From Candidatus Daviesbacteria bacterium (lineage in GTDB: Bacteria > Patescibacteriota > Microgenomatia > Daviesbacterales > UBA10151), in NCBI GenBank assembly GCA_030699125.1, contig JAUYKM010000009.1, positions 108,647-172,646 of the forward strand: a stretch of DNA of 64,000 nucleotides. The letters run 5' to 3'. This document shows positions 19,054-28,546 of this stretch, piece after piece. A model generated the notes under the pieces. It saw nothing but the letters and a program-made list of their open reading frames with translations, was not told where the DNA came from and did not search any database. The position numbers and the translations under genes were made by a program. Each line of letters starts with the position of its first letter. The stretch's first letter is position 1.

Positions 19054-20669
19054 TCAAGCTACAAGTTATTCTTTTATTGCTAGCAATAACTATTATAGGT
19101 GCAGTACTGAGATTTACCAATCTTACCAACAACCCTCCCAGTTTAAATATTGATGAAGTAGCTTACGGGTATAGCGCTTATTCTATTTTGAAAACCGGTA
19201 AAGATGAGAATGGTAAATTTATGCCGATAGCCTTTAGATCAATTGGTGATTACAAAAGTCCGGTACTGATATACTCATTAGTTCCTTCAATTGCCCTTTT
19301 TGGATTAAATGAATTTGGCGTCCGATTCACCACTGTCTTAGCCGGAGTATTGTCTATACCATTGATCTTTTTATTAATAAATATCCTGACTCACAATTTT
19401 AAGATATCATTGGTTGGAGCGGCATTTTTATCAACTTCTCCTTGGCATATTTATTACTCGCGATTTGCCTCTGATCACATGATGGGGACATTTTTTCTGA
19501 TGCTGGGTTTCATTTTCTTCCATAAGTTACTCGCGGGATTTAAAGTCTGGTTGCCGGCAGCCATTTTTTTAGCTGCCTCTATGTACTCATATCATTCGCA
19601 TAGACTTTTTATACCGCTTTTTATTGGATCAGTTCTTATCTTTAATCATAGGATAATCAGACCTCCCAATATAAAAGCATTTTTAGCAATTTTCATCGTT
19701 TTAATTTTGCCATTGATCTTTTTAACATTATTTGGCCCCCTTAATACCAGAGCGCAAATGGTATTTTTATCACAAGATATTGATTACACCAGATATGTCA
19801 TACTTGATCATATTGAAAAATCTGGAGAGAATTCTCTTTTATTTTTCTTTTGGGCAAAAAGATATTTGAATTATTTTCAGCCGGATTTTCTTTTTTTCAA
19901 TGGTCTAAATATGACTTCCCCCGGCACCCTGGGATTGGGAGTCTTGCATCTCTTTGAGTTTCCATTGCTTGTACTGGGGATTATTCACTTGATACAAAAA
20001 AAGTCAAACTTTAAAAAATTAATTATCCTTTGGATTTTGATAGGACTGGTGCCTGCCTCAGTTACCAACAATGAGCAGAGTGCTGGTAGGAGCCTGCTTA
20101 TTTTACCAGCCTTGGTCGTTGTGATAAGTTTGGGCACCATATATTTTTTTAAAATAGTTAAGAATTTATCAAATATTTTTCTAAAAACTGCTGTATTGGG
20201 ATTGCTTACTCTTTTAACGTTTATCTCTTTGGTCCATGCTTTTTTGGTATTTAGTGTTTATTTTCCAAATGAGCGGGGCGAGGCTTTCATGGAGGGAACA
20301 AAAGAAACTGTTTTGTATGCACTGGAAAACAAGGACAAATACCGGGAAATTGTTTTTGATCCATATCGGGGAATAGAGGCTCAAAATATTGTTAATATTC
20401 CATATATGTACGTTTTATTCTATTCTCAGTATGATCCGGTTAAATTTCAAACTGAACAAAAGGAAAATCAGGGTGAGATTTTCAAATTCGATAAATTTGT
20501 ATTTAGAAGGATTGATTGGAGACAAGATAGATTAAAAAGGGGAATTTTATTTGTAGGTAGCCCCTGGAGTCTGCCTCTTCAAGATATTAGAGAGGAAGAG
20601 ATATTGAAAAAAATATACTTAACCAATGGAAATTTGGCGCTTCTGGTAGTTTCTCCCCATCCGGATTAA
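19050..20669 (+). CDS. GT39/PMT_2-like (ArnT-like) membrane glycosyltransferase.
   Basis: It carries 'PPSLNIDEVAYGYSAYSILKTGKDENGKFMPIAFRS' and a C-terminal soluble domain, 'FDPYRGIEAQNIVNIPYMYVLFYSQYDPVKFQ', shared with paralogs 31825 and 33480. Confidence 0.7.
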   Translation: MIKLQVILLLLAITIIGAVLRFTNLTNNPPSLNIDEVAYGYSAYSILKTGKDENGKFMPIAFRSIGDYKSPVLIYSLVPSIALFGLNEFGVRFTTVLAGVLSIPLIFLLINILTHNFKISLVGAAFLSTSPWHIYYSRFASDHMMGTFFLMLGFIFFHKLLAGFKVWLPAAIFLAASMYSYHSHRLFIPLFIGSVLIFNHRIIRPPNIKAFLAIFIVLILPLIFLTLFGPLNTRAQMVFLSQDIDYTRYVILDHIEKSGENSLLFFFWAKRYLNYFQPDFLFFNGLNMTSPGTLGLGVLHLFEFPLLVLGIIHLIQKKSNFKKLIILWILIGLVPASVTNNEQSAGRSLLILPALVVVISLGTIYFFKIVKNLSNIFLKTAVLGLLTLLTFISLVHAFLVFSVYFPNERGEAFMEGTKETVLYALENKDKYREIVFDPYRGIEAQNIVNIPYMYVLFYSQYDPVKFQTEQKENQGEIFKFDKFVFRRIDWRQDRLKRGILFVGSPWSLPLQDIREEEILKKIYLTNGNLALLVVSPHPD

Positions 20670-20670
20670 A

Positions 20671-23100
20671 TTAAAAGGACTTTCTTTTTACTGAAATAAT
20701 AGTTATGGCCAAAAGAGTGATGATAGTTAAGATTGAGATCATTAAACCGGTTTCAAATGATTTAGGTAAATAAGAAAAAATAATTTCATGATGACCGGCT
20801 GGAACTTTAATAGCCCTGAAGATCAAATTCGCTTTTGATATTTTTGTCTCTTCCCCGTCTAGGGTGGCTCTCCATCCATCTTCGTATTGATCGGCTAATA
20901 TCAAGATTTCTTCATTTGTGGTTTTAGTTTCTAATCTTACAGAATTGGGTGAATAATCGGTAATTTTAATCTCTCCATCGCCTGTAATATCAGTAACGTC
21001 TAAATTCTCGGATAAGACAGTAATTTCTTTGGGATTAAAATTCGCCTTTGATAATAATCCTTCTGCATTAACAGGTTCAATAATAATTGATTTAGCAAAG
21101 TAGGCTCTCTCCAAAGCGTTAGGATTTTTCAATATGACAAACGATTTTCCTTTATAGATAATTTGATAATCTGTATCTTTAAATTTATAGTACAGTTCAT
21201 CGCCGGGTATGCGCCCTTCCTTATCCCTCAATATCCCTACAAAATATTTGGCATTTAAGATATCAAGGAAAGGAGATTGATATGATGAAGAAAGTTCGGC
21301 ATATCGGCTTACTGCCGCATTTTGGAAATTGCCAGTATTTAAAAAATTCATAAATTTGGCGTAACTTTCTAAATATATGGGATCATATCCTTCAAAAGAT
21401 TGGACTCCGTATGCCATCCAGGTATTCGGAGGGAAAACTTCCGCATGCTCTCTCCCTACCCTAAATATGCCGGGCTGTTTTTTTAAAACAGTTAGGTCAT
21501 GAATCTCGGGAAAAATTAAATTTTGGTTAACAAACGGATTAAATTTTATAAAATACCTACCCAGATCAAAAGAGACCAAAAAAAGTAAAATTAGTCCTAT
21601 TAGTTTGAATTGGTATTTATGAAAAAAATTTATTTTCTGTTTTAGCAACAAGAATAAAACGAATAAAGAAACTAAGCTAAAAGGTAAGATAGAATTTTTT
21701 AAAGATACTTTAAAATTGGTAATATCATATTGGAGGTGATTAACCAAAGAGTCGGAAGGGGAGAGCATGATAGTGACCTTAAGGAATAAGTAAGATAAAA
21801 TAATGCCTAAAATCGCCCCAATTATGGCCGAGAATACCCAAATCGAAGTTTTAGTTAACCTACTTAGTGACCTACTATTTAAGGTTGAATCCAATGCAAA
21901 TGCGGATAAAATTGCGCCGGAAAAAGATATTATAAAAAGCATTCTGGAGGCAAAAGAAGAAGTTAAAATAGGTATTTCCAACTGATAAATAAGTTTGGAG
22001 ATAGGATTTTCAAAGACAAAAACTAGGGAAAAGATAAATAAATAAATAAAGAAAGCAACTCTTCTATCCTTTTTGAGATAAATTAAGGCAAGTAGAATCA
22101 AAGGAATAGATAAACTTCCCAAAAAACCGCTGGTTTCAGAATAATTCAAATATCCCCAGTAGTTTCTGGTAACGGGATGTCCGAAAAAATCCGCCATATA
22201 AAATTTTAAAAAATCCTGTAAAGGTAAAAGACCAAAATTGCTTTGTTCTATATAAGTTTCACTTACCCTGATGGATTTATTTAGAAGATCTAGACTAGGG
22301 AGGATTTGTATCGCAAGTAGTGGGATGGTAGTTAAAATGGCAATAATTGGTGTTATTAGATGATAATTTTTGAACTGATTATCTTTAAATTTAGTAACAA
22401 CAATATATGAAAACAGAATAATAAAAGAATAGGTGGAAATTTGGGCATGTCCAGCTAAAATTATTAAAGATAGAGCAAATATCAGTAGGAATAAGTATCT
22501 TGATTTAAAATCTGAAAAATATTTCTCAATTGCAAACAAACTTAGGGGAAGAAAAGATAAAGCATGCCCGGCTGTGCCAAGTTCCAGCCAGGTAGTCATA
22601 AGCCCCCCTAAAGCAAATATGATTGAGCCTGTTATTCTAGCAATAGGTGATTTAGTCCAAAGTGACAATAATAAATACATAGTTATTAAGGAAATTAATG
22701 TCTGGGAAAAAATAAAGAGTCCCCACCCGGTATACTTAGGAAGAATTAGTAAGAAATTTAGGGGAAAAAGCGTTGCAGAATGATAAGTTGCCAAAAAAGG
22801 GGTGCCGGCAAATGAATAAGGATTCCAGAGTGGCCATTGAGCAGTTTTGATTATATCAACTGAGAGATATTTCCATAAAAAAAATTGGGAAAAAACATCC
22901 GAAATTAGGGGATTTTGAACAGGAATTTTATAATAATCAAACCAGGGGGAGTAGCTAGCAACTAACAAATCACCGGGAAATGGAATCTGATTAAATAAAA
23001 ATAATTTGTAATAAATAATTACAGCAAATAGTAGTAAAACTAAAAAAGGAAAGTACCTAGATTGAGTGACGAGATAAATTTTTCGGATAATCTTTTTCAT
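20671..23100 (-). CDS. YfhO-family-like GT-C membrane glycosyltransferase, 809 aa.
   Basis: The N-terminal region is 'FPGDLLVASYSPWFDYY...WPLWNPYSFAGTPFLA'. It has many TM helices and a large C-terminal extracytoplasmic domain. It is the only minus-strand gene in the first 47 kb and is convergent with gene 19050. Confidence 0.55.
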   Translation of the reverse strand: MKKIIRKIYLVTQSRYFPFLVLLLFAVIIYYKLFLFNQIPFPGDLLVASYSPWFDYYKIPVQNPLISDVFSQFFLWKYLSVDIIKTAQWPLWNPYSFAGTPFLATYHSATLFPLNFLLILPKYTGWGLFIFSQTLISLITMYLLLSLWTKSPIARITGSIIFALGGLMTTWLELGTAGHALSFLPLSLFAIEKYFSDFKSRYLFLLIFALSLIILAGHAQISTYSFIILFSYIVVTKFKDNQFKNYHLITPIIAILTTIPLLAIQILPSLDLLNKSIRVSETYIEQSNFGLLPLQDFLKFYMADFFGHPVTRNYWGYLNYSETSGFLGSLSIPLILLALIYLKKDRRVAFFIYLFIFSLVFVFENPISKLIYQLEIPILTSSFASRMLFIISFSGAILSAFALDSTLNSRSLSRLTKTSIWVFSAIIGAILGIILSYLFLKVTIMLSPSDSLVNHLQYDITNFKVSLKNSILPFSLVSLFVLFLLLKQKINFFHKYQFKLIGLILLFLVSFDLGRYFIKFNPFVNQNLIFPEIHDLTVLKKQPGIFRVGREHAEVFPPNTWMAYGVQSFEGYDPIYLESYAKFMNFLNTGNFQNAAVSRYAELSSSYQSPFLDILNAKYFVGILRDKEGRIPGDELYYKFKDTDYQIIYKGKSFVILKNPNALERAYFAKSIIIEPVNAEGLLSKANFNPKEITVLSENLDVTDITGDGEIKITDYSPNSVRLETKTTNEEILILADQYEDGWRATLDGEETKISKANLIFRAIKVPAGHHEIIFSYLPKSFETGLMISILTIITLLAITIISVKRKSF

Positions 23101-23156
23101 AAAATGTACCTGTCTAGCATTTTACATCATTTGGTTTAACTGTTAAGATTTAAATT

Positions 23157-24056
23157 ATGCATCAGAAGATCTCAGTAGTAATCAATACCTATAATGAAGA
23201 AAAAAATATTGAACGGGCCATAAAAAGTGTAGCCTGGGCAGATGAAATTCTAGTTTGTGATATGCGCTCGGAAGATAATACAGTTGAAATTGCCGAAAAA
23301 ATGGGGGCTAAGGTGATATTTTGCAAAAGAGAGGATTATGTGGAACCGGTCAGAAATTTTGCAATTACCAAGGCACAGGGACCATGGATATTAATTTTAG
23401 ATGCAGATGAGGAGACCCCCCCAAGCTTAGATAATAGGTTAAAGGAAATTACAAAAAAAATGAAGGAAATGGATTATATTAGAATCCCCCGTAAGAATTT
23501 AATATTTGGTAAATGGATGAAAGCCTCAATGTGGTGGCCGGATTTGAATATTAGATTTTTCAAAAAAGGAAAAGTAGAATGGAGTGATAAAATTCATAGA
23601 CCACCAAAAGTAATAGGAGAAGGCATAGACCTGCCATTAGATGAAAAGTTTGCCATTATCCACCATCACTATGATTCAGTTTCTCAATTTTTAGAAAGAA
23701 TGATCAAATACACAAAGATTCAGGCAAAAGAATTAAAAGAAGAGGAATATAATTTTGACTGGAAAGATCTTATCAAAAAGCCTTTGGGTGAATTCTTATC
23801 AAGATTTTTTGCCAATCGGGGTTTTGAAGATGGCCTACATGGTTTAGGTCTAAGTTTACTCCAGGCTTTTTCACATCTGGTTGTTTATCTCCGAGTCTGG
23901 GAAATGGAAAAATTTGACCAAAAGGAGATCGATATCAGTGAAGCTAAATCCCTAAGAGATGAATCAGGCCGAGAAATTAATTGGTGGTTTGAACATGTTT
24001 CAAGAAGTGGTGTTAAAGGACTTTTCAAAAAAATAAAAGAAAATTTTGCTAAATAA
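23157..24056 (+). CDS. GT2-family glycosyltransferase (GT-A fold, soluble).
   Basis: It carries 'ISVVINTYNEEKNIERAIKSV...ILVCDMRSEDNTVEIAEKMGAKVI' and the DXD motif 'WILILDADEE'. Confidence 0.75.
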   Translation: MHQKISVVINTYNEEKNIERAIKSVAWADEILVCDMRSEDNTVEIAEKMGAKVIFCKREDYVEPVRNFAITKAQGPWILILDADEETPPSLDNRLKEITKKMKEMDYIRIPRKNLIFGKWMKASMWWPDLNIRFFKKGKVEWSDKIHRPPKVIGEGIDLPLDEKFAIIHHHYDSVSQFLERMIKYTKIQAKELKEEEYNFDWKDLIKKPLGEFLSRFFANRGFEDGLHGLGLSLLQAFSHLVVYLRVWEMEKFDQKEIDISEAKSLRDESGREINWWFEHVSRSGVKGLFKKIKENFAK

Positions 24057-24059
24057 CCT

Positions 24060-24866
24060 ATGTTAAGCGTAATCGTTATCACCAAAAACGAAGCAGAAAG
24101 GATAAAAGTCTGTCTAGAATCCATTAAATGGGTTGATGAAATTATCATTGCTGATAATGGTTCCTCAGATAAAACTTTAGAAATTGCCAAAGAATACACC
24201 GATAAAATATTGAAATTTAATGATCTTGATTTTGCCGTATTAAGAAATAAAGCTTTTGAGCAGTCTAGAGGAGATTGGGTTCTATATGTTGATGCTGACG
24301 AGAGAGTATTAACTGATTTAAAAAATGAAATTGAGACGCTTGTATCTTTTTCAAAAGAATCAGCTTTTGCCATCTCCAGGAAAAATATTATTTTTGGGGT
24401 TGAAGTAAAATACACTCCATTCTGGCCTGATTGGGTAGTAAGACTTATAAAAAGATCTGATTTCATAGAATGGGTAGGTATGGTTCATGAGTACCCAAAA
24501 TTTAACGGGAATTTGGGTTATACCAAAAATTCCTTATTACACTTAACACATAGAGATATAGATCAGATTGTTTTAAAAAGTCTGGATTGGTCTAAGATTG
24601 ACGCCAAATTAAGATTTGATGCCAAACACCCGAAAATGAATGGTTGGAGGTTTTTAAGAATTTTTATTACTGAAATTTTCAATCAGGGTATTGCAAGAAG
24701 AGGATTTTTTAATGGGACCGCCAGTGTAATGGACTCCCTTTTGCAAGCTTTTAGCATGTACATAACTTATGTTAGATTATGGCAGCTGCAACAGCCAAAA
24801 TCCCTGGATAAAGTTTATGATGAGATAGACAAAAAACTAATCGAAGATGCTTTTCAATATAAATAG
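24060..24866 (+). CDS. GT2-family glycosyltransferase, a paralog of 23157 and 36477.
   Basis: It carries 'LSVIVITKNEAERIKVCLESIKWVDEIIIADNGSSDKTLEIAKEY' and 'WVLYVDADERV'. Confidence 0.75.
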   Translation: MLSVIVITKNEAERIKVCLESIKWVDEIIIADNGSSDKTLEIAKEYTDKILKFNDLDFAVLRNKAFEQSRGDWVLYVDADERVLTDLKNEIETLVSFSKESAFAISRKNIIFGVEVKYTPFWPDWVVRLIKRSDFIEWVGMVHEYPKFNGNLGYTKNSLLHLTHRDIDQIVLKSLDWSKIDAKLRFDAKHPKMNGWRFLRIFITEIFNQGIARRGFFNGTASVMDSLLQAFSMYITYVRLWQLQQPKSLDKVYDEIDKKLIEDAFQYK

Positions 24867-25940
24867 ATGAAAACTGCAATTTATTCCCCATATCTTGATA
24901 CTTTAGGTGGGGGAGAGAAATATATGATGACAATTGCGGAAATTCTTCTTAAAAATGGCTTCTTGGTAGATATACTGCTTGATAAACATTTGCTTGATTT
25001 TAAAGAGCTTAAGAGTAGTCTAGAAAAGAGATTTAATCTCAATTTGAGCAGTGCGAATTTTACTGGCGCCCCAATAGGTAAAGGCTCAGACTTTTTTTCA
25101 AGATTTATTTTTTTAAAAAAATATGATGTATTATTCTACTTAACTGATGGAAGTATTTTTTATCCAACTGCAAAAAAAAATATTTTGCATATTCAATCAC
25201 CCTTGATTGGCCAGCCTGCAAAAAGCACTTTAGGAAAAATTAAATTAAAGGGGTGGGATTTGATAATCTATAATTCTAAATTTACTCAAAAGTATGCAAA
25301 AGATAATTGGCCGATTAAATCGAAAGTCGTCTACCCTCCTATTGATATTAAAAAAATAGAACCTTTAAAAAAGGAGAAGTATATTTTATCAGTGGGCAGA
25401 TTCTTTGGTTTTCTAAAAGATAAAAAACACTCAATCTTAATCAAAACTTTTAGAAATCTCTATACTAAAAAGAAAATCAAGGATTGGAGTTTTTATTTGG
25501 TTGGTTCAGCAAGCAAAGGAGATACATCATATGTGAATGAACTGAAAAAATTATCGAGGGGGTTACCTATTATATTTTACCCCAATTTAAATTATGATAG
25601 ACTGATTCAAGTTTATGGTAAATCCAGTATTTACTGGCATGCTTCAGGTTATGGAGAGAATAATCCAACTAAAATGGAACATTTTGGTATATCGACAGTT
25701 GAAGCAATGGCGGCAGGGTCAGTGCCGGTGGTGATTGGAAAGGGCGGCCAAGTTGAGATTGTTGATGATGGTAAAAATGGTTTTCTTTGGAATAACCTTT
25801 CAGAATTGGAAAATAAGAGTTTGCAATTGATGGATGATGACAAACTGAGAATTAGAATGTCTCAAGAGGCTGTTAAAAAAGCTGCCGATTTCGATAAGAG
25901 TATCTTTGAAGCGAAAATTAAAGAAATTGTAAATATATGA
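24867..25940 (+). CDS. GT4-family (GT-B fold) glycosyltransferase.
   Basis: The C-terminal 'MEHFGISTVEAMAAGSVPVVIGKGGQVEIV' is the E-x7-E / GT1-4 sugar-donor binding signature. Confidence 0.7.
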   Translation: MKTAIYSPYLDTLGGGEKYMMTIAEILLKNGFLVDILLDKHLLDFKELKSSLEKRFNLNLSSANFTGAPIGKGSDFFSRFIFLKKYDVLFYLTDGSIFYPTAKKNILHIQSPLIGQPAKSTLGKIKLKGWDLIIYNSKFTQKYAKDNWPIKSKVVYPPIDIKKIEPLKKEKYILSVGRFFGFLKDKKHSILIKTFRNLYTKKKIKDWSFYLVGSASKGDTSYVNELKKLSRGLPIIFYPNLNYDRLIQVYGKSSIYWHASGYGENNPTKMEHFGISTVEAMAAGSVPVVIGKGGQVEIVDDGKNGFLWNNLSELENKSLQLMDDDKLRIRMSQEAVKKAADFDKSIFEAKIKEIVNI

Positions 25941-27061
25941 GTAAGATTTGGATTATTATAATTTTAGCAATAGCTCTAAGAATATTTTTATCATTGGCGA
26001 CATATCATCCTGATATTGCTGCGTTAGCAAATGGTGGACAATTTATCGCCAGCGGGCATATTTTGAATTTATATGATTTCAGTTCTGATACTTTAGTATT
26101 AAATTATCCCCCTTTAATCTATTGGTACTTTGGATTTTTTGATCTCTTCTTTAATGGGATTTTCGGACTTCTTAAACTCCCTTATCTTATTTTTGATCTC
26201 CTTTTAGGTTTTTTACTTTATAAAATGGTTGAGCCAAAGAAGGCATTATTGGCTTTTACAGTATGGATGTTTAATCCTATCAGTCTTTACGCCACCTATA
26301 TGATGGGGCAATTTGATATAATTCCTACTTTTTTCTCCGTGCTTTCCATTTATTTAGCAATTAAGAATAAATTAGCTTTGGCTGCATTGGCTTTAGGGGG
26401 TGGAATAGCGTTTAAACTATATCCGGTATTTTTGATCATTCCTTTAATTCTTTTAAGTAAAAGATGGTGGATGAGGGCTAAAATAATAATTCTGACGATT
26501 TTGCCTTATTTAGTTTCCGTATTGCCTTATCTTTCGTCAGTTAATTTTAGAACAAATGCTTTATTTGCCAACCAGAGTTCAAAAAGTCTATATGCCTCAA
26601 TTCCAGTTTCAGGGGGGGAATCTATACTACTTTTTCCGACAATGCTTATAGTTTTTTACCTTTTAATTTGGAATGAGGCAACTAATAAAATGAATTTATG
26701 GAAAGTTTATTTGATACCATTACTGGTATTTTTTATATTGACCCACTTCCATCCTCAGTGGTTAATTTGGGTATTCCCATATCTGATTTTGGAATTAATC
26801 AATAATGACTTCAAAAACTGGATAGCTCAATTTTTACTCTTGATAAGTTGGATTATCTCCTTATTCTTCTTTGACCCTTCTTTAACAATCGGATTATTTG
26901 CACCTTTATTCCCGTTTCTAAATAACTTACCAAGCATTTGGATAATGATGGGAATATCAATGGATTACAATTTTTCAAGGGCTATTCTTCAGACAGTTTT
27001 TGCGGCATCTGCACTTCTTTTGATTGTTAGAAATTTTCCCAAAAATGCTTTTCAAAAATAA
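25937..27061 (+). CDS. Polytopic membrane protein, possibly a GT87/DUF2029-like GT-C mannosyltransferase.
   Basis: It has about 10 TM helices and the N-terminal 'LATYHPDIAALANGG...LNYPPLIYWYFGFF'. Its 5' end overlaps the upstream gene by 4 nt. Confidence 0.4.
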   Translation: MSKIWIIIILAIALRIFLSLATYHPDIAALANGGQFIASGHILNLYDFSSDTLVLNYPPLIYWYFGFFDLFFNGIFGLLKLPYLIFDLLLGFLLYKMVEPKKALLAFTVWMFNPISLYATYMMGQFDIIPTFFSVLSIYLAIKNKLALAALALGGGIAFKLYPVFLIIPLILLSKRWWMRAKIIILTILPYLVSVLPYLSSVNFRTNALFANQSSKSLYASIPVSGGESILLFPTMLIVFYLLIWNEATNKMNLWKVYLIPLLVFFILTHFHPQWLIWVFPYLILELINNDFKNWIAQFLLLISWIISLFFFDPSLTIGLFAPLFPFLNNLPSIWIMMGISMDYNFSRAILQTVFAASALLLIVRNFPKNAFQK

Positions 27062-28538
27062 TTTCCTAATAAGTAAAACTTTTTTAGTAGTATTATTTTA
27101 TATAGTAAGTTGGTTTCTCTTAAGTTTTAAAATTTTGGATGTTCCTCCGGGAATAAATGGTGATGAGGCCATCATTGGTTACAATGCCGCTTTAATTACG
27201 AAGAACGGTTATGATTCAACTGGAAAATTCTTACCTCTTTTTACCAGAGTACCTAACTCAAATGATTGGAAGCAGCCCGTTACTCTCTATGTAACTGTAC
27301 TGGCATTTAAACTATTTGGACCATCATTTCTTGTCCTAAGAAGTGTCAGTGTGGCGGTGGCGCTTTTAGGAGGAATAATTATATTTCTTTTGATTAAAAA
27401 AATCCTGGGATTTAGAATTGCAATCGGGGGGCTGATATTGTTTATATCAACTCCAATCATCTTTATTCAATCGCACTTGGCTTTGGAAAATATAGCTCCA
27501 GTTCCCTTCGTAGCTTTCTGGTTAATAATGCTGGCAAGTTATACAGTAAAGAGAAATAAAATCTTTTTGTCAGTTGCAGGAATATCTTTAGGAGTCAGTA
27601 TCTTCTCTTACTTGGGGATGAGAATGATAACTCCGATACTGATATTGATAAGCTTGGGCTACATATTTTACTTAAATCGTCAAAAACGTGCCCTAATTTT
27701 TAATCATTTAACTTGGTTTCTTTCCGGTATTATCCCATTTTCTATTTTGCTAATATTTTCAAGATCTTTTTATCCGGGAGCAATATTGGGGTTATACAGA
27801 GCAGTTGAAATCCAGGACTATCAATCATTTTTCTTACCATTCTTATCATCATTTGATTTATCGTTTCTCTATATCTTAGGCGATTCAACACCTTATCACT
27901 CTACCGGAAGAGGAGGAATGTTTCTTCTAGCAAGTTTGCCGCTATTTTTTCTTGGTATTATAAGTACCATAAAAAAAAGGAATTCCTTTTCAGTTCTTTG
28001 CCTGATCACCTTTTTATTAATCCCTATTCTTTTTGGCTTGGGATCTACCATACATAGAGCCAGTAGACTTTTGGCGCTAGTCCCACCCTATATTATTATT
28101 TCCTGTTTTGGCTTTCAATTAATTGATGAAATTAAGCAAAAGGCAATAAAACTCTTAGTTCTAACTGCAATTTTATTTTTGATTTTGTTAAATTTCATTG
28201 ATTTCACTAAGGATTACTGGTATCAATATCCCCAAAGGGTGAGGGCGCAATTTGCAAAGCCCATTCATATTGTTTTTGATAGAGCTCAACATCTGCTAAA
28301 GGAAAATCAATCTGAAATATATATCCAGAAAGATTTTTTTTCGGAAAGTGATTTTACTGTCAATTTTTTTGAACAAGCCTATTTTCCAGATGGATCATCT
28401 AAATGGTCGACAAATCAAACCTTACCCTCCAAGGCGTTACTTATTGCTGATCCTAATGTTATTCCCCAAAGCTTGAAACAAAATTTAGTGAACTATAGTT
28501 CAGGACTAGAAGGTTTTAGCATTTTTGTTGCAAAATAA
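27045..28538 (+). CDS. GT39/PMT_2-like membrane glycosyltransferase, 1 of 6 consecutive.
   Basis: It carries 'PPGINGDEAIIGYNAALITKNGYDSTGKFLPLF'. The 27045 ATG is preferred over the 27024 ATG because it shortens the overlap with the upstream gene. Confidence 0.65.
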   Translation: MLFKNNFLISKTFLVVLFYIVSWFLLSFKILDVPPGINGDEAIIGYNAALITKNGYDSTGKFLPLFTRVPNSNDWKQPVTLYVTVLAFKLFGPSFLVLRSVSVAVALLGGIIIFLLIKKILGFRIAIGGLILFISTPIIFIQSHLALENIAPVPFVAFWLIMLASYTVKRNKIFLSVAGISLGVSIFSYLGMRMITPILILISLGYIFYLNRQKRALIFNHLTWFLSGIIPFSILLIFSRSFYPGAILGLYRAVEIQDYQSFFLPFLSSFDLSFLYILGDSTPYHSTGRGGMFLLASLPLFFLGIISTIKKRNSFSVLCLITFLLIPILFGLGSTIHRASRLLALVPPYIIISCFGFQLIDEIKQKAIKLLVLTAILFLILLNFIDFTKDYWYQYPQRVRAQFAKPIHIVFDRAQHLLKENQSEIYIQKDFFSESDFTVNFFEQAYFPDGSSKWSTNQTLPSKALLIADPNVIPQSLKQNLVNYSSGLEGFSIFVAK

Positions 28539-28546
28539 TCATCATA

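Noticed and set aside
20670-20700. Possible intrinsic terminator between convergent genes 19050 and 20671.
   Set aside because: The stops are 1 nt apart, and the only near-palindrome (aaaagga...tcttttt) is imperfect and lies inside the minus-strand coding sequence.
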